A stretch of 63,942 nt of DNA, filler included, from Aduncisulcus paluster (GCA_024181965.1; 7 parts of 7 records of this genome joined end to end with filler, not necessarily neighbours in it); one strand, 5' to 3'; counted from the whole stretch's first letter, positions 36,001 to 49,811 are shown. The notes: a model not told the origin generated them from the letters alone. Made by a program: numbers and translations.

Positions 36001-39000
36001 GACGAAAACATTCAAACAATCAAATACAATAATAATCAACTTGGAATTACTCTCAATCTGTTCGGGTGTTTCATTTTTTTCGAATATTTCCAGTATTTTG
36101 TCTCGATATTTCTCATATAATTTTGTTAATTTTGGAGGGTAACACTGCAAAATGGTGGAATATAAAATGAACCATTTCCTCATGGAATGATCAGTGCAAC
36201 GAAGATACCTATAAAAGGAATCGGGCGAACCACTATAGCTCTTGTACCATGCCATTTGATAGTCAAACTTGGGTGAGACCTTGGACACAAGGGCTGGGAT
36301 TGTGGACAACATTGATACCAGCTCGGCCCAGAAAAGAATTCCCAAGTTACTCTCTGATGGATTATTTTCAATCTGTTTTGTGCATATCCCAAACCATTCT
36401 TCGAGAAAAGGTTGGATATTTTCTCGTTCATACACATCAACAGCATGACTGGAATTGCAGCATAAATTGGAGAAATATTTAATGGTATAATCATACTGAC
36501 CACCAAGGCCCTTCGTGAGCTTCACTCTTTCCCTTGAAATTACAAGAACATGATCAATCAGATGCCAGGCCTCAAGAGAGACTGGTTCGAGAGGGAGCAT
36601 GTCTTTTTCTGACCATGAAATATCTGCGAGGAGGGAAATCCAATGTCCACGATACTCTGATTGTCCCATGATAGGCATCAGATCCATAATAAAAGGTTTA
36701 ATGACGGAGACAATTATAGATATTTTGGTCTCAACTGAAGCTGTCGTAGATATGGACTTGAGAGTGGAGAAGATAGTGCCACAGATAGGGTGGTCACGAA
36801 GAACTTTTTTGCTTGACATTTTCTTAAGAATAAGCTTGAATGTCGGGAGAATCTGGGCGAAAAAATCATTTTTTTCTACTGTTAAATCTTGGGAAAGATA
36901 ATCTGAACATATTTGGCAGAAAATCTCAGAAAGATCAATTCCAAAACTCTTTTCACTTTCAAACCTTATAAAATGTTCAAAAAAGGTAGAAATAAGGAGA
37001 NNNNNNNNNNNNNNNNNNNNGCATCAGATCCATAATAAAAGGTTTAATGACGGAGACAATTATAGATATTTTGGTCTCAACTGAAGCTGTCGTAGATATG
37101 GACTTGAGAGTGGAGAAGATAGTGCCACAGATAGGGTGGTCACGAAGAACTTTTTTGCTTGACATTTTCTTAAGAATAAGCTTGAATGTCGGGAGAATCT
37201 GGGCGAAAAAATCATTTTTTTCTACTGTTAAATCTTGGGAAAGATAATCTGAACATATTTGGCAGAAAATCTCAGAAAGATCAATTCCAAAACTCTTTTC
37301 ACTTTCAAACCTTATAAAATGTTCAAAAAAGGTAGAAATAAGGAGATTGAGGTCAGAAATCGGTAGAAATATTGTGGTTCCAGAAATAGAATGAGAAACA
37401 AACAATTGCAAACATTTTGAACCGAGTAATATTTCCAATTTATGAAGCTCAATATCTGCAGCGGTTGTAGCCGCATCGAAAATATCCAATATCTCCTTAT
37501 GATGTTTATGATACAGTTCAACAGTGTTCTTTTCATCAGAATGTTCAAGTTCATGGATTATGTCAGCCCATTTCCTAAAGCAAGGATAGCAATGGTTCAA
37601 ATAAGTCAAATACTCACTCCAACCCCCATTATTTCGACAGAATTCCATGTGCTTGTCATATTTAGGAGATAAATGTGGGGTTAAGGATGGGTATGTTGAT
37701 AGTATTGCTATTAACTTTGACCAAGGAAGGATGTTAGAATGATATTTCCCAGCTTCTTTAAAAGTATCGAACCAGACATCGAACAAATCCTTTAAACTCT
37801 CATAGATTTCACTCACATGATCGGAGACACAGCACAGATTGGAGAAAAAGGACAAACATTTGAGGAGAGAATCATTATCAAACTTTTGTCCCATGGACTC
37901 TGATGAATCTTTGATAACATCCAATATAGGTCTAAACAAGGTCCAGAGTTGAGATGAACGTTCGCGGTGAGGACAAGAGTTATCTGCATCAAGAGTGATA
38001 TGCGCAATGATATCAATCAACATGAAGAATGATTGCTTGCTCGAGTATTTGAGTAATAGCGGGAAATATGGGAGTAGAAGAGATAAAAGGGAGTCTTTGG
38101 GGCTGTCACCCTTCATTGCAGCAATATTTTGACATATCTTAAGAATAGACTCTGAGAAAGTAATTTCAAACCGTATCTTTTGTGTTGATACCAACTGGAG
38201 AAGATCTTTGAGCATTGTCAATATTTGAGGATACTCTGATTCAATAGCTGCACTGTATTTAGATAGGATTGTCAGAGTCATGTTCAGCAGAATATAAGTG
38301 ATAGAATTGATCTTATCGGGCGAACGGAGGATACTTTCAATGTTAAGCATAAGATCCCAGAAAGAATCAACAAATTCTTTGATATATTTGAGATTAAGAG
38401 TCATATTGGGGTACAAATTGATATATTCGTGCGTAATAAAGGCCGACAAAAAGTCAAAACACAAAACAAACAGGAGTTCGTTCTGTTTCACGTCAGACGG
38501 TGTTGAATGTGCCTGAAATGTGGCATTTAAACGGGGTATATTTTCATCGAACAAAGATGTGACTGCTGACACCGAAGTAGCCATTGATAGTTGCTTAATC
38601 AGTAATTCTAATTCACCCTTTGAGAAGGGAGGGAGTATCAATTGGTTTCTCACCCTCTCTTCCCGTAAGACTCTCTCCATTCGCATGGCATCAAAGAGAG
38701 AAGAAGATGAGGAACTGAATGTGGAGACTTCAATTGTGCCAGGATCACCATCATACTTGGCAAGCTGGGAACTCACAATATCATCAATGGATGGACATTT
38801 CCACCCTTCTCCAATCTTTGGGAGGAGATGCTTAATCGACTGAACTTTCTCACGAGCAGTGTGAACATCCATACGTTTATCAACATCCAATAAAGTCAGA
38901 CCTTTGAACACTTCATTCAGACAATCATGGACAGGCTTGAACTTGCCATCTTCAATGGTATTAAGAGAATTAAAAAGAGGAGTTCTCGAGAGAGGTGAAA

Positions 39001-40042
39001 ATCTTTTTTGTTTGAGCAAATTCGCAACCATTTGGACAATGTCCATCGTTTTGCGAATCGGGAGCAAGCAAGGATGATTAACAAATGGCGGAGAGCATAA
39101 AAACAGTGCAAGAATAGACATTCCAAGAGAATGAGCATCACTTTTTTGAGATTGTTCACCATATTTGAGGGATTCATATGAAGAATATGAGACCGTTCCA
39201 CAGAATGAATGATGTTTCTGTTTTCCATCAATTTCGAGATGATCTTTCTTCAATGATTCCATATCGGCAATGGTAACGGTTGAACCAGACTTCAGGACTG
39301 ACTGTTGGATCATTGCAAGTCCAAGATCAGCGAGAACAACAACACATTCTTGATCCTTGGGGTCGGTTCGAACAAGAAAATTCTCAGGCTTAATGTCACG
39401 ATGAACAAGGGTGGGTTTGGCGGTGAATACATCGTCAAGACACTCGATCATTCCCACACATAATGAACAAACTCTCAGAGGATCAAGAGAAAGGGGATCA
39501 TCATGATGGTCATTCAAGGGTGCTGTATCAGAGTCTGATTCAGAGTTAAAAAAGAAATCATCTGAGAATTCGTCATCAATAAGTGATTTTTTAGGTTTTC
39601 TCTTGCGTGAGCACCAGCTCTGGGCAAAGGCTTTTACACTACCTCCCACACAAAATTCCATGCAAAAACCATAAATTCCTTGGTAGTTTGCATCAAGAAG
39701 GTCAAGAATGTACAAAGGTCGTGGAATACGATTGGAACACATAGGATTCATAAATAACTTACATTGATGCTTGAATTCTTTACGACAATCACTGACGACT
39801 TTGCTATCACCGATACGAAGCATTTTTTTCAAGATGCAAGGAGCTGTCATGCCAACAATATTTACGAGAATTACTTCTCCGAAGCCTCCTCGACCAAGAA
39901 TACATAAAGGTTCCATATTTGACGAGGAATAAAGTGTATTTGAATCATGTTTCTTTCTTTTATGTCCGTGAGATGAACTTTGTGAAGATCTTGTAGAACC
40001 ACTAATTGAATCCACTTCTTGCATAGAAATGGCTTGCTTCAT
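33025..40042 (-). CDS. Ser/Thr-type protein kinase fused to five ~345-aa helical repeats (~2223 aa after collapsing the gap duplication)
   Basis: Kinase motifs LGRGGFGEV, VHRDIKPEN, LADLGLA, CGTVSY and SDAHSLG. 36675-37000 duplicates 37021-37346 around the N20 gap; removing 346 nt restores one frame. Confidence 0.85.
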
Positions 40043-40635
40043 TAATAATTATGTGTTTTATATAAAATAAGTGCAAAAAATAAGTTCAAAAGAAACAAAT
40101 TGTTTTCTGGATAGAGAATAATTTCTCTTGAAGCAAATAGTAATCCATCATTACTACCACATTTAAATATTTGTGGGATAATACATCTATTATTTATTTT
40201 CTGGCAAAATGGAAATTATTATCGATCTTGTAAAAAATTTAGCGAGAACCTGTTACGTCCTATAAATAAACTGAATCTTGTGAAAGTCACTCAAAAATCG
40301 ATTTTCCTGCCAGGAACAGTGACTGTTTCGTCCTATTTTATAGGAAAAAGAGATAACTGGATCTCAGATTGCATGCTGCTGTTTGCGAACGGGAATGTAT
40401 CGTCATAGAATTTATTAAGCAAAAATCATCTGCAAACTTAGATCGAGATAATTTGCACAATTGTGAATTCCTCAATTTGAGTTGAGATCAAAGAGAAGGG
40501 AGAGAGGAAGAAATTAACGAGAAAAAAAAAGTGAGAAGAAAAAAATATATATATATTTGCGACCAACAAGGTTCGGGAAAAAAAAATTAATGTTCAAGCA
40601 ACGTAAGTTTAACACACAAACAGAATAATGTCGAT

Positions 40636-42032
40636 TTAATTAAGATTGTGCATATCGTAGACAAAGCCAGCGAAGGTGTTCAAGTTGTTTGTATCCATGA
40701 GAGTGTCAGTGAGTCTTAAGTATGTAAGACGGTTGATGTTGTGTTTGTTAGAGTGCTCAAGGATCATGTTGTAGTGATACTGGTCATAGAACTCAAGGGC
40801 ATTCTCTCCAGCGAACTCTGTACCGTTGTCATCACATTCGCCCATAATTTGTTCAGTCACAGCCTCGGGATCACACTTGGCATAAGCTGGCTGGTCTTGG
40901 GTGTACAGCTCCATGCAAGTAAAGTCGAAGGCAGATCCATAGCCTCTCAACATATCCTCAATGGGCTCATAACCACTCCTGCCATAGACATTGTAGTATC
41001 CTGCAGTAAGTTCGGCTGCGTGGGAACCGTCGTCGTACCACCAGTGAATTCCGGCAATCTTTGCAGCGAATCCCAACTCTGGGAAGTTCATGAAGGCATA
41101 TTGGGCCTGTTGGAGGACATCATTACCGTGTTGCACGATCATATCTTGGTACCATGTCAAGAAAGCAACACCATAATCACTGTAGTAGCCAACGGTAAAG
41201 AATTCAGTGTCAGAAGGGACGGAATTGTAACCCCCAGCATCGGTGGGAGGAGAGTTCCACTCAGCGTGGCCTTGAGCAGTGGCGTAGGACACCCAAGAGT
41301 TAAGCAGGTACTTATCCCAACATTGGAAGGCACCAACACCAGGGAAGGACCAACGATCGCTGGGATAAGAAGGGTATCTGAGTTCACCGGCAGGTCCCAT
41401 ACCGACCTGGACTTCGTTGATGGTGCCATCGTTGATGTAATCGGAAAGACTCTGAGAAAAGGCGACCATAAAGTTATAGTAGAGGTTCAAAGCAGTTTTT
41501 CCATTGACAAACTTAACATTGTCAGCTGAAAGGGAGAGATACTCTTCATCAACGTTTCCCCACTGATCTTTATAGAGTAAATCGGCGTTACGGGCAGGTT
41601 CCAAAACCCAATCAGGAAGGGGAATGTTACAGTCGTCTCCGACATTTCCTCCACACTTGTGGAAAGACATCACAAATTGCATGTTCAATCCTTTGGACTT
41701 AACAAGCTCTGTAAGTTCAACATAGGCATCGAAATCGTATGAATTTTCACCACCACGTTGCACAATACCCCACCAACAGTCGGTCATAACGGCATCAGTG
41801 CCAACAGAGACCAATTGATCTAATTCCCAAGATAAATGATCGTAGTTGTTTAAAACACCATCATTTGAAATGGTATCAAGAGGAAGCATGACTAAATTGA
41901 ATTATTAATCAGAAATGTCATCAAACTAAAAAAAGAGGGAAATGTGGCCAAATACATACCAGAAACGTCAGCACTACGGGAAAACACTATTCCGACACAA
42001 AGCAAAAACACAAATATTGATAATATCTTCAT
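40636..42032 (-). CDS. Secreted beta-amylase (GH14); exons 42032-41960 and 41891-40636
   Basis: Motifs VMLPLD, DCWWG, SFHKCGGNVGDD, GPAGELRYPSYP (catalytic Glu), KIAGIHWW, FTCME and GENAL (catalytic Glu). Exon 1 encodes the signal peptide MKILSIFVFLLCVGIVFS. Confidence 0.95.
41892..41959 (-). other. Spliceosomal GT-AG intron (68 nt), phase 1
   Basis: GTATGT...TTTAG; splicing gives ...ADVS-V-MLPLD in frame. Confidence 0.88.
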
Positions 42033-42509
42033 TAGTTTACCAAAAAAAGAAATCCAACATGATCAACTTTGAAAAAGAAAAAAAAAAATACGAAAAGGGT
42101 TTCAAAAATGTTTAAAATCCTTCTTGTAACAGATTTTTATTTTTATTCGTAATTATTTTGCTATTCATGGCCAATTCTAGTTGACCCCATGCCGGGATAA
42201 AACGAAAATACCGGGACCGGCAGGTGCCGGTATTTAAAATACCGGCAAAATGTTCCAGCCAGAAATAGTCATTAAATTAAACATTTATGATATTATTTTA
42301 AAGAATTTGTGTGTTTATAACTCGATTTAAGCATTTGAAACATTATAACTATTTGATATCAGACATTGGAAGTATTTGGGAGTTTTTTGTCACATTTTGA
42401 AAGTGATAGTTCATAATTATAGTGAAAAAATGCTTTTAAGGTTACTTTTATAAATTTAAAGCGACTTTTATGCTCAAATTAAATGAATGAAGATTTTATT
42501 TGTCATTTT

Positions 42510-42737
42510 TTATTTTTGGGAGCGTTGGGATCTTTGAGAAGTTCTTTTCATAATTTCAGGTTTTTCTATTTTCATAGATTCCAGATATTCAACCCAATTT
42601 GGCAAGGGGAGCGCCTTAGTCTCCTTTTGTTTGCACTTCTTAAAACATGAGCATTTCCCGGTTACACAGGGTATTCCAGCTATAAAGCATGGACATGTCA
42701 TCTTTTCTGCACAATTATTAGAACCTCGGCATTTGCA
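42510..42737 (-). CDS. C-terminal fragment with CXC/CRC (tesmin-like) 9-Cys domain (5' partial)
   Basis: Translated from the contig edge: CKCRGSNNCAEKMTCPCFIAGIPCVTGKCSCFKKC, close to the CRC spacing C-x-C-x4-C-x4-C-x-C-x6-C-x3-C-x-C-x2-C. Confidence 0.6.
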   Translation of the reverse strand, partial: CKCRGSNNCAEKMTCPCFIAGIPCVTGKCSCFKKCKQKETKALPLPNWVEYLESMKIEKPEIMKRTSQRSQRSQK

Positions 42738-42837
42738 NNNNNNNNNNNNNNNNNNNNNNNNNNNNNNNNNNNNNNNNNNNNTTAATTAATTAANNNNNNN
42801 NNNNNNNNNNNNNNNNNNNNNNNNNNNNNNNNNNNNN

Positions 42838-45417
42838 AGAAGAGTCTTCTGAGTATTCACATGAGGTGTGTGCGGCAGGATCTTGATCGGAATACGCTAG
42901 AGTGATCGCAGTCGGATAAGATAACGCATCGCCATCGGTGAGCCAAATCTTATTGGAGCTCACATCAAGGGAAGTTAAGGTGGCCTTCAGGTTGAACAAC
43001 AGGGAAATGTCCGTAAGGTCATTGGATTGGAGGGACAATGTCGTAAGGTTTTCCAGCTTATAGATGTGGAAAGTGTCAGCATCCGTGAAACCTGTGTTAT
43101 TCGCACTGAAACTCTCGAGCTCTGTAAGGGCAGAAAGTGAAGACTTGTTGGCCAACGAAATCCCATCCACAACAAGCGTAACAACATCGGTGGGAATCTT
43201 ACTCATGTCCGTGAAGCCAGTGGTGTCACTAAGGTTCAAGGATGTAAGACTGGACGGGAACGGAGTGCTTGCTGAGGAGTCGAACGTAGAGTCCGATTGT
43301 AAAGATAACGTGGTCAGAACTGTGAAGTCACTGAAGCTTTTCCCAGCAGGAACAGACACATTGTTCATGATAAGTTCCGTCACAGTCTTCGGGATGTTGG
43401 TCAATAATGCATCGTTCACAGTGATTTGAGTTGAGCTTAAATTGAGATTGGTTAAATTTGTGGCAAGGATTAAACCATCACAATTCGTAACGTCCGAAGT
43501 TGAAACATCTAATGTTGTAAGATTTAGAATTTCTGAAGGTAATACTTTTTGTCCAGATTCACATTCGACGGCTGAACAAACAGCTGCTTCCAGAGTTGTA
43601 TCTGTAAACCCAACATATTCACATGCATCTCCTCCATATCCTTCGGCACAAATACATACATGATTTGTTTCGTCACAGGTACCATTTGAGCCAGAACAAA
43701 CATCATCTAAAAATCCAAACGGACAAACCTCATCACAATCATCACCATACCACCTATCTCTACATTCACATGATATCTTTGTTCTTCCATCATTGATTAG
43801 AACGGGTTTTGTTGATGAATGACGCGAACATACATTAATTCTAGCAATTTCAGAATCGGAAGTAGGCAATACACACGATGAAGTTGCCTCATCATAATAA
43901 TACCCAGCCCAACATTCAATAGACCAATAGTCAGTAAATATTTCATTACAGGCCGTCTTTTCATCATAGAAACTGTATGTTTCATCTTCATCATATATGT
44001 CTTCACAATGGCAAGTCTGCTCTTCAGAGGAGAAAGTCCCAATTTCCGAAGAAAAATCTCCACAAACATTGTTATTTGTGAGAGTAACTCCTGATGTTAA
44101 ATTTAAATCTGGAAACTTTGATGAATCTAAGAGATATGATATATCAGAAATACTATTTTCGGAGATATCAAGAGTTGAAACGGCAATAACGTCATAAGAA
44201 AATTCGCAAGCAAAAACATCCACGAGTTTAGAGATTCCTGTATCACTCACAGAGAGTGAAGTAACTCCATAATATGTGCTCTCATCATATGTTTTTTGCA
44301 TTGTCAAAATTCGAACAACATCACGATCAACCTGATTCAAGCTCAAATCATATCCATCAAGAATTAGAGATGTTGTCAATCCAATATATTCTAATCCTTG
44401 GAGTGTCGAAATGCCAGATACCCCTGAAATATCGATGGGAAAGACTGGATCATGTTCATATGTTCTAAGACTTGAGACAGGAATTATACCATTCACAAGT
44501 GAAATTCCATGTGTATCAGTAAGATACGCCCGTAAATTAGAATCGTGAATGGTATAACATAGTCCGCCAGAACTAAGTGCAAAATAAGCACATTCTTTTG
44601 AAGATCCATCGTCATTGTAAACCTCATTAGCAATAATACTTGGGCAGTCATCATCAACACAATAATCCTCAGAACCATTAAGACTACAAGCGGATGTATC
44701 CAATTGAGGTTCTGTCGCATCTGAATGTGAAAGAAAACAGGATGCGAGAAAACTGAGTAAAGCAGAATCACTCTCAGACCTACATACAGTTGTACCGATG
44801 TTAAAATCCATGTCCTCAGCCGCCCAAGCTCGGTAAAAAGGAGATATATCATAAATAGTGGAACCTCCACAGAGGGAAATCGTAGTTAATCTCATCATCC
44901 TAAACGCAAAGTTAGAGTTACTATATATATCATTAATGTATAGAATTTGGGGGGCTGTGATCACAAGCAAATCATCTGAAACATTAAAAGAGCTCTGAAA
45001 GTATCTGTCGAACCTAATTGCAAAAACACCAAGGTATCCTGAAGTTGTGTAGATAGATTCTGTAATATAAAGTGATGGTTCTACCGCCAGCATAAACTCA
45101 TTTGACAGACATGATTCATCGCATGGTATACTGGCACCGAAAAAACAAACAAATATATCTAGAGAAATTTCTTCAGAACCAATTCCTACATCTTCTTCAT
45201 CAGACTTGGTCCCAATGTTGACTGAACTAGATTTGTAACTATTATTCAACCAATCTGGATAATCGAGGAAATTTTCTGAACTGGCGGCAAATGGTGGTGA
45301 GATTCTCTGGATAGTAGAAGCAGATCGTATCATATGGGGGAAAATAATCAAAAAGATGATGATTATAGCAATAATTTGGGGGTGAAACAATGCATTCATG
45401 ATGGTTCGGTGTGACAT
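42838..45417 (-). CDS. LRR + EGF-like surface protein with signal peptide (3' partial)
   Basis: N-terminal hydrophobic IIAIIIIFLIIFP; LRRs (LTTLSLQSNDLTDISLL, LTSLDVSSNKI, LDISENSISDISYL); EGF (CECRDRWYGDDC, CICAEGYGGDAC). Start codon uncertain (45486/45417). Confidence 0.85.
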
Positions 45418-46395
45418 AGCTGATATTGGTTGGTATATACAATAATTAGAGGATAATGATAATATTTCTAGATAGATGTATTGCACAAGTGTATAATTGT
45501 TTCAAAAGCAATTATATGTATGACAAATATGAAATTTTTGCATATTTTAGGTGAGGCAACTTTTTGGGTGTTATCGAATACGAAACCCAAAAAGTTGATG
45601 AAATTAGGCCTTCGAATTAGGCATAAATTTGGGGGGGGGGAATATTTTTTGGGTTATTATTATTATTGTAACTAATATTGAACAATTTGAATTGAATTTT
45701 CGCTTTAATCCTATCAATACGTGACTATTGAATGTATAAGATGTAATCATTTTTGTATTATTATTATTGTTCTTTATTTAAGCTATTTTCTTATGTTTAA
45801 AAAAGAGAATTATTTTTAAGTCCTTTCATTTAGGTGGATATTGATAGAAATATGGAAAATGAATTTACGACGAGAATATCAAGTCAAATACAAAATATCG
45901 ACAAAGAAAACAATTTAAATGTCATTATTATTCAGAGATTCAACCATTTCAGTTGCAAATAAGCTTGGAACGGTCACAAAATCGCAGGTGTGTGTGTGTT
46001 CATTCCATTATGGAAGGTATGATACCTTTCTCTGAGATTATGAGCCTTCTTCTTACGTCGCCAACACCTATGTGGTCAACTATCTTCTAAACTCCGCTAG
46101 GAGAAAAATAAAGCGTGTTTTGCGATTCGTCGTTCGCAAAATTGTTTGCGAAATCCCTATTTAATAGGAAAATACTATGTAAAATATACAATACATATAT
46201 TGGAGAATTATCCAACTGATATGTAAAATATTAACAAAATCGTCATAAAAACCATAGATTTGCATTCTAAAACTATTATAATTGAGTTCAAACAAGTGAA
46301 GCACAAATAATTGTATATTTTCACAATGTTTTAAATTTGACATTGCCAGTGGTACCAGTAGTACCGATCTATCCGTATTATTCACATCCTATATT

Positions 46396-49300
46396 CTATA
46401 TCCATTCAAGAACTATGATACTATCACCTCGATTCAAATGAGTCCGATATGACGGGTGGACAATTGGATGTTTGACACCTCCCCGACATACATAAACTCC
46501 AAGAGGATATTTTCCCAAATCAAGCAACTTTCTCACTTCATACATATAAATAGAATTGGATTCCACGGTTACACTTCCTAATCTGGCATTTCCCTCAACA
46601 AGACACTGGATAAAAGTACATGGATTGTAAAACAGAGCTGCGATCAGTGCGTACAACTCTGATCGTATGATAACGCTGCCTGAAAGGTATGATGGGGTGA
46701 ATAGATATGAATATTGGCTACTTTTGTTTAGTAATTGCCGACAGATGATGGAACATCCTGTGTTATTGACGCCACAAATCTGCTCCGAATGAATGTCATA
46801 GTCAAGCACCCTGGCACTTGTTTTCGTAACAAGAGTGACGACTATTCGCGTGAAATCAGGCGCATTGTCCTTCACAACGCGATAGACAACGGCGGCTTCT
46901 TGGTCATCATCCACAGTGGAAAGATGGGGAAGTATAACAACAGCCGCAGCATGGATGAGACCTGCACGAATCCAATCCGCAAGAGAGAAGGGAGAACCAA
47001 GGAAAATGGAAACAGGGATAAAAGGAAATTGTTTCTCAATTGAAGATAAATTTAGATCAGTAAATGTCGTAAATAGAACGTAACGGGACTTTGTATATTT
47101 TTTATCTGTCCTAAACTTTAAAAAGAGGATAAATGACTGCAAATCTCCATAAAATATGATCAAGGGAAGTGTTGGATGGGCTGGAGACGTTAGTGTTGGA
47201 GCAAGGTTTGTGGGGGGAGTTACTATGGTGCTTGTTGAGGAAGATAGAGAGGAGGGGGATATTGAACGTGATGGTGATCTTGACATCTCTGGATTATCAT
47301 TACTCTTATCCACATCAGAGTCCATGTGGATTGGTTTATCATTCTTAAAGGATTGTTTGCCATCCATGAGGAGGGGAGCTTTCGCTTCATCTTTGGCTCC
47401 ATCAGCTTGAATTGTTTTCTTGGAAGGAACGATAGTTTGTCCGTGAAGGGCTTGATCGGTTATTGATCGTTTTGAAACTGTACCCTCTTTCTCACCCCTT
47501 TGAGTCTGAGAAACTCGGTCAATCGGTTGTTTTGCTTTGGATGGTTGTTGCGTTGTGCCTGTCGTACGGTCTTTGTGGGAAGACTGTTCACTCTCCGTCC
47601 GTGGAGAGAGTTGTGAAGGCGATTGAGAGAGGTGGGTTGAGCGAGGAGAGTGCTGTTGAACTCCCATCTCCTCTTCCCACTCTTGTTCTCTCTCGCCCCA
47701 TTCCTTCCGCACAGAACTACGATGGAATGCATCAACGGTGATCTTTTCATGATCTGACAGTGGAGATACGATTGAAGGGCAACCATCGTCTTCTTCTCCA
47801 TTCTTATCCAACTTACCATACTGCTCTATACTTCCATCAACAATGGAATGTCCGTCTACAATGTCATGTCTTTGCATATCCTTCCCTTTCACATGGAGCT
47901 CTTGATCAGAAGATTGAGGACTGCAGAAATGAGATGTTGATTCGACTACTCTGTTACTTATATTTGGAGGATTAACGGAAGCAACTTGGGGAGTTATATA
48001 TTCTGAGCTAGGAGCAGGAAAAGGTGGACGAACAACATCTTTTGTGGAAATCTCTCTAGTTTCTCTGGGAAACTCCTTGTGCTGACTCTCAACTTCAACC
48101 TCCTCTCTCCGCTTATGGGGTTTCCTATCTTCTAACATCTTTCTATCTTTGCGGGAATGATGTTGGATGATTCCATACTCCTCCCCAGGTCCTCCCCTCG
48201 CAATAGTGGGGTCCACTGCCATGGGATCTTTGATCATTTGCTCGAGCTCTTTCATTTGCTCCCTTCTTTGCTCTCTCGTCAGTCGATATTTATGTGAGCT
48301 TCCTGCACCTTCTACAACGCCCAATGTATGAGTGGATCTCTTGTCCAGATAGGCTTCTTCTGCCTCGGTGGAAGTTCTTTTAATTCCAGGAATTCTTGGT
48401 TGTTCCACGTGCGGTTGGAATCTCCTCTCTTCTTCTTCTTCCTCAGCTATCTGCTTGTCTCCTTGCTGAACCATATTCACAGGTAGGTTTGCAGCCCCAG
48501 CCCCACCATTGTCTTGGCGTTCTGGAGGTTCTCCTCCTTGCTCTGGGTTGATATTACTAGGTGCCCAGATAGGATCGTCCAAGATTGGGAGAGAGGAATA
48601 TCCAATCCTTGGGATATCAATACTTCGACGTAGATCAACAGTCGATGCACTGAAATCGCTGCGAACAGTGTCAGATGCAGAACCTGCTGAGAGATATGTC
48701 CGCACAAGTGCAGCGTGGGTCCACTCACGACTCAGAACAAAAACAGGGGTGTAAGGGAGCAGAATTGCATTGGGATTGGGGGCCAAAGTGATGTTATCAT
48801 GCGGGGAAGTAGGAGAGAACGTTACAAGGACAGAGTCAGGCTCTTCAGAGCGAGGTAAGAATAGTTCCTCTTGATGTGAACTGAGCAGTCTTGAAGCTTC
48901 TTGCTCTTCTTTTGTTTGAATTCGTCCATCGATTCCCAAAACCATCACCCCAAGCTCAACAAAGAGTTTAGCACAAACGTCTGAGACCAACATACCACTG
49001 AAAGCGGGTGATAGATGTGTTCTGAAGATACGACTGCTTAATCCAGCGGCGTAATCCATTGGGAAATCCAATCGGAAGAGATATTCGTCAGAGTGGAGAA
49101 CAAGCAAGGAAGGGGAAGGTGATGTGGGGGACATGACTGCCAGTCCTCCGACTTGGGTGGGAGAAGGGCCCTCTCCTTGTTGAGCGAGTTGTTTCTTGCC
49201 TAACATTTTCTCCTTTTCGAGACGTTCTTCGTTCAATCGCTCCAGTTGCGCCATCCTTTGGAGAGCAGCAGGAATTGTTGATGGATATTGCTCTGAGGGG

Positions 49301-49811
49301 TACTGATCAAGATCTCTGCTTCGTCTGGATTTGTCAGTGAGGGCATTCTTGATAGGCCTTTTACCGTCACGTGTAGCTGAGCTCCCTCTGTGACTACGGC
49401 TACTCTCCCGTGTCTTTCTCGACGGGTGGGTGCTGTCATCACTCACAGAGAACTGCACGGCTGGATCAGAGTCAAACGACATGATATATTCCTTGTTCTC
49501 AATGGAAACTGATCGGGTGTGTTTCTTTGTGACCGTGACAGAGCCAGAGCCAGGAGGGAGGGCAGAGTGGAGGTTGGAAGGGGATGGACCAAGACCAGCA
49601 GACTTGGCAGAGAACATTGAGGAGGACGGAGGGGGATGAGAGGCGACTGTGGTCGGTTGTAATATCTTGCTATCGGCGGCTTTCATTCGTTGAGCTCGCC
49701 TCATTTCCGCCCGTCGATTAATCTTGTCGATATGTCGTTGTTTGCGTCTTCGCTCTCTCTCCCGTCTATCTTTCTGGTGAACTTCCAGACGCCCAGTGAA
49801 ACGGCCAGCCT
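46396..49811 (-). CDS. Slo/BK-family K+ channel cytoplasmic RCK region (5' partial)
   Basis: RCK1-end-like YAAGLSSRIFRTHLSPAFSGMLVSDVCAKLFVELGVMVLGI. RCK2-like IFLGSPFSLADWIRAG..AAAVVIL and YLFTPSYLSGSVI..SELYALIAALFYNP. Confidence 0.75.

Noticed and set aside
36675-37346. Two separate genes or a tandem duplication in the kinase locus
   Set aside because: Apparently identical 326-bp overlap around an N20 gap; collapsing it restores one frame.
40741-41529. 262-aa antisense ORF over beta-amylase
   Set aside because: Shadow ORF.
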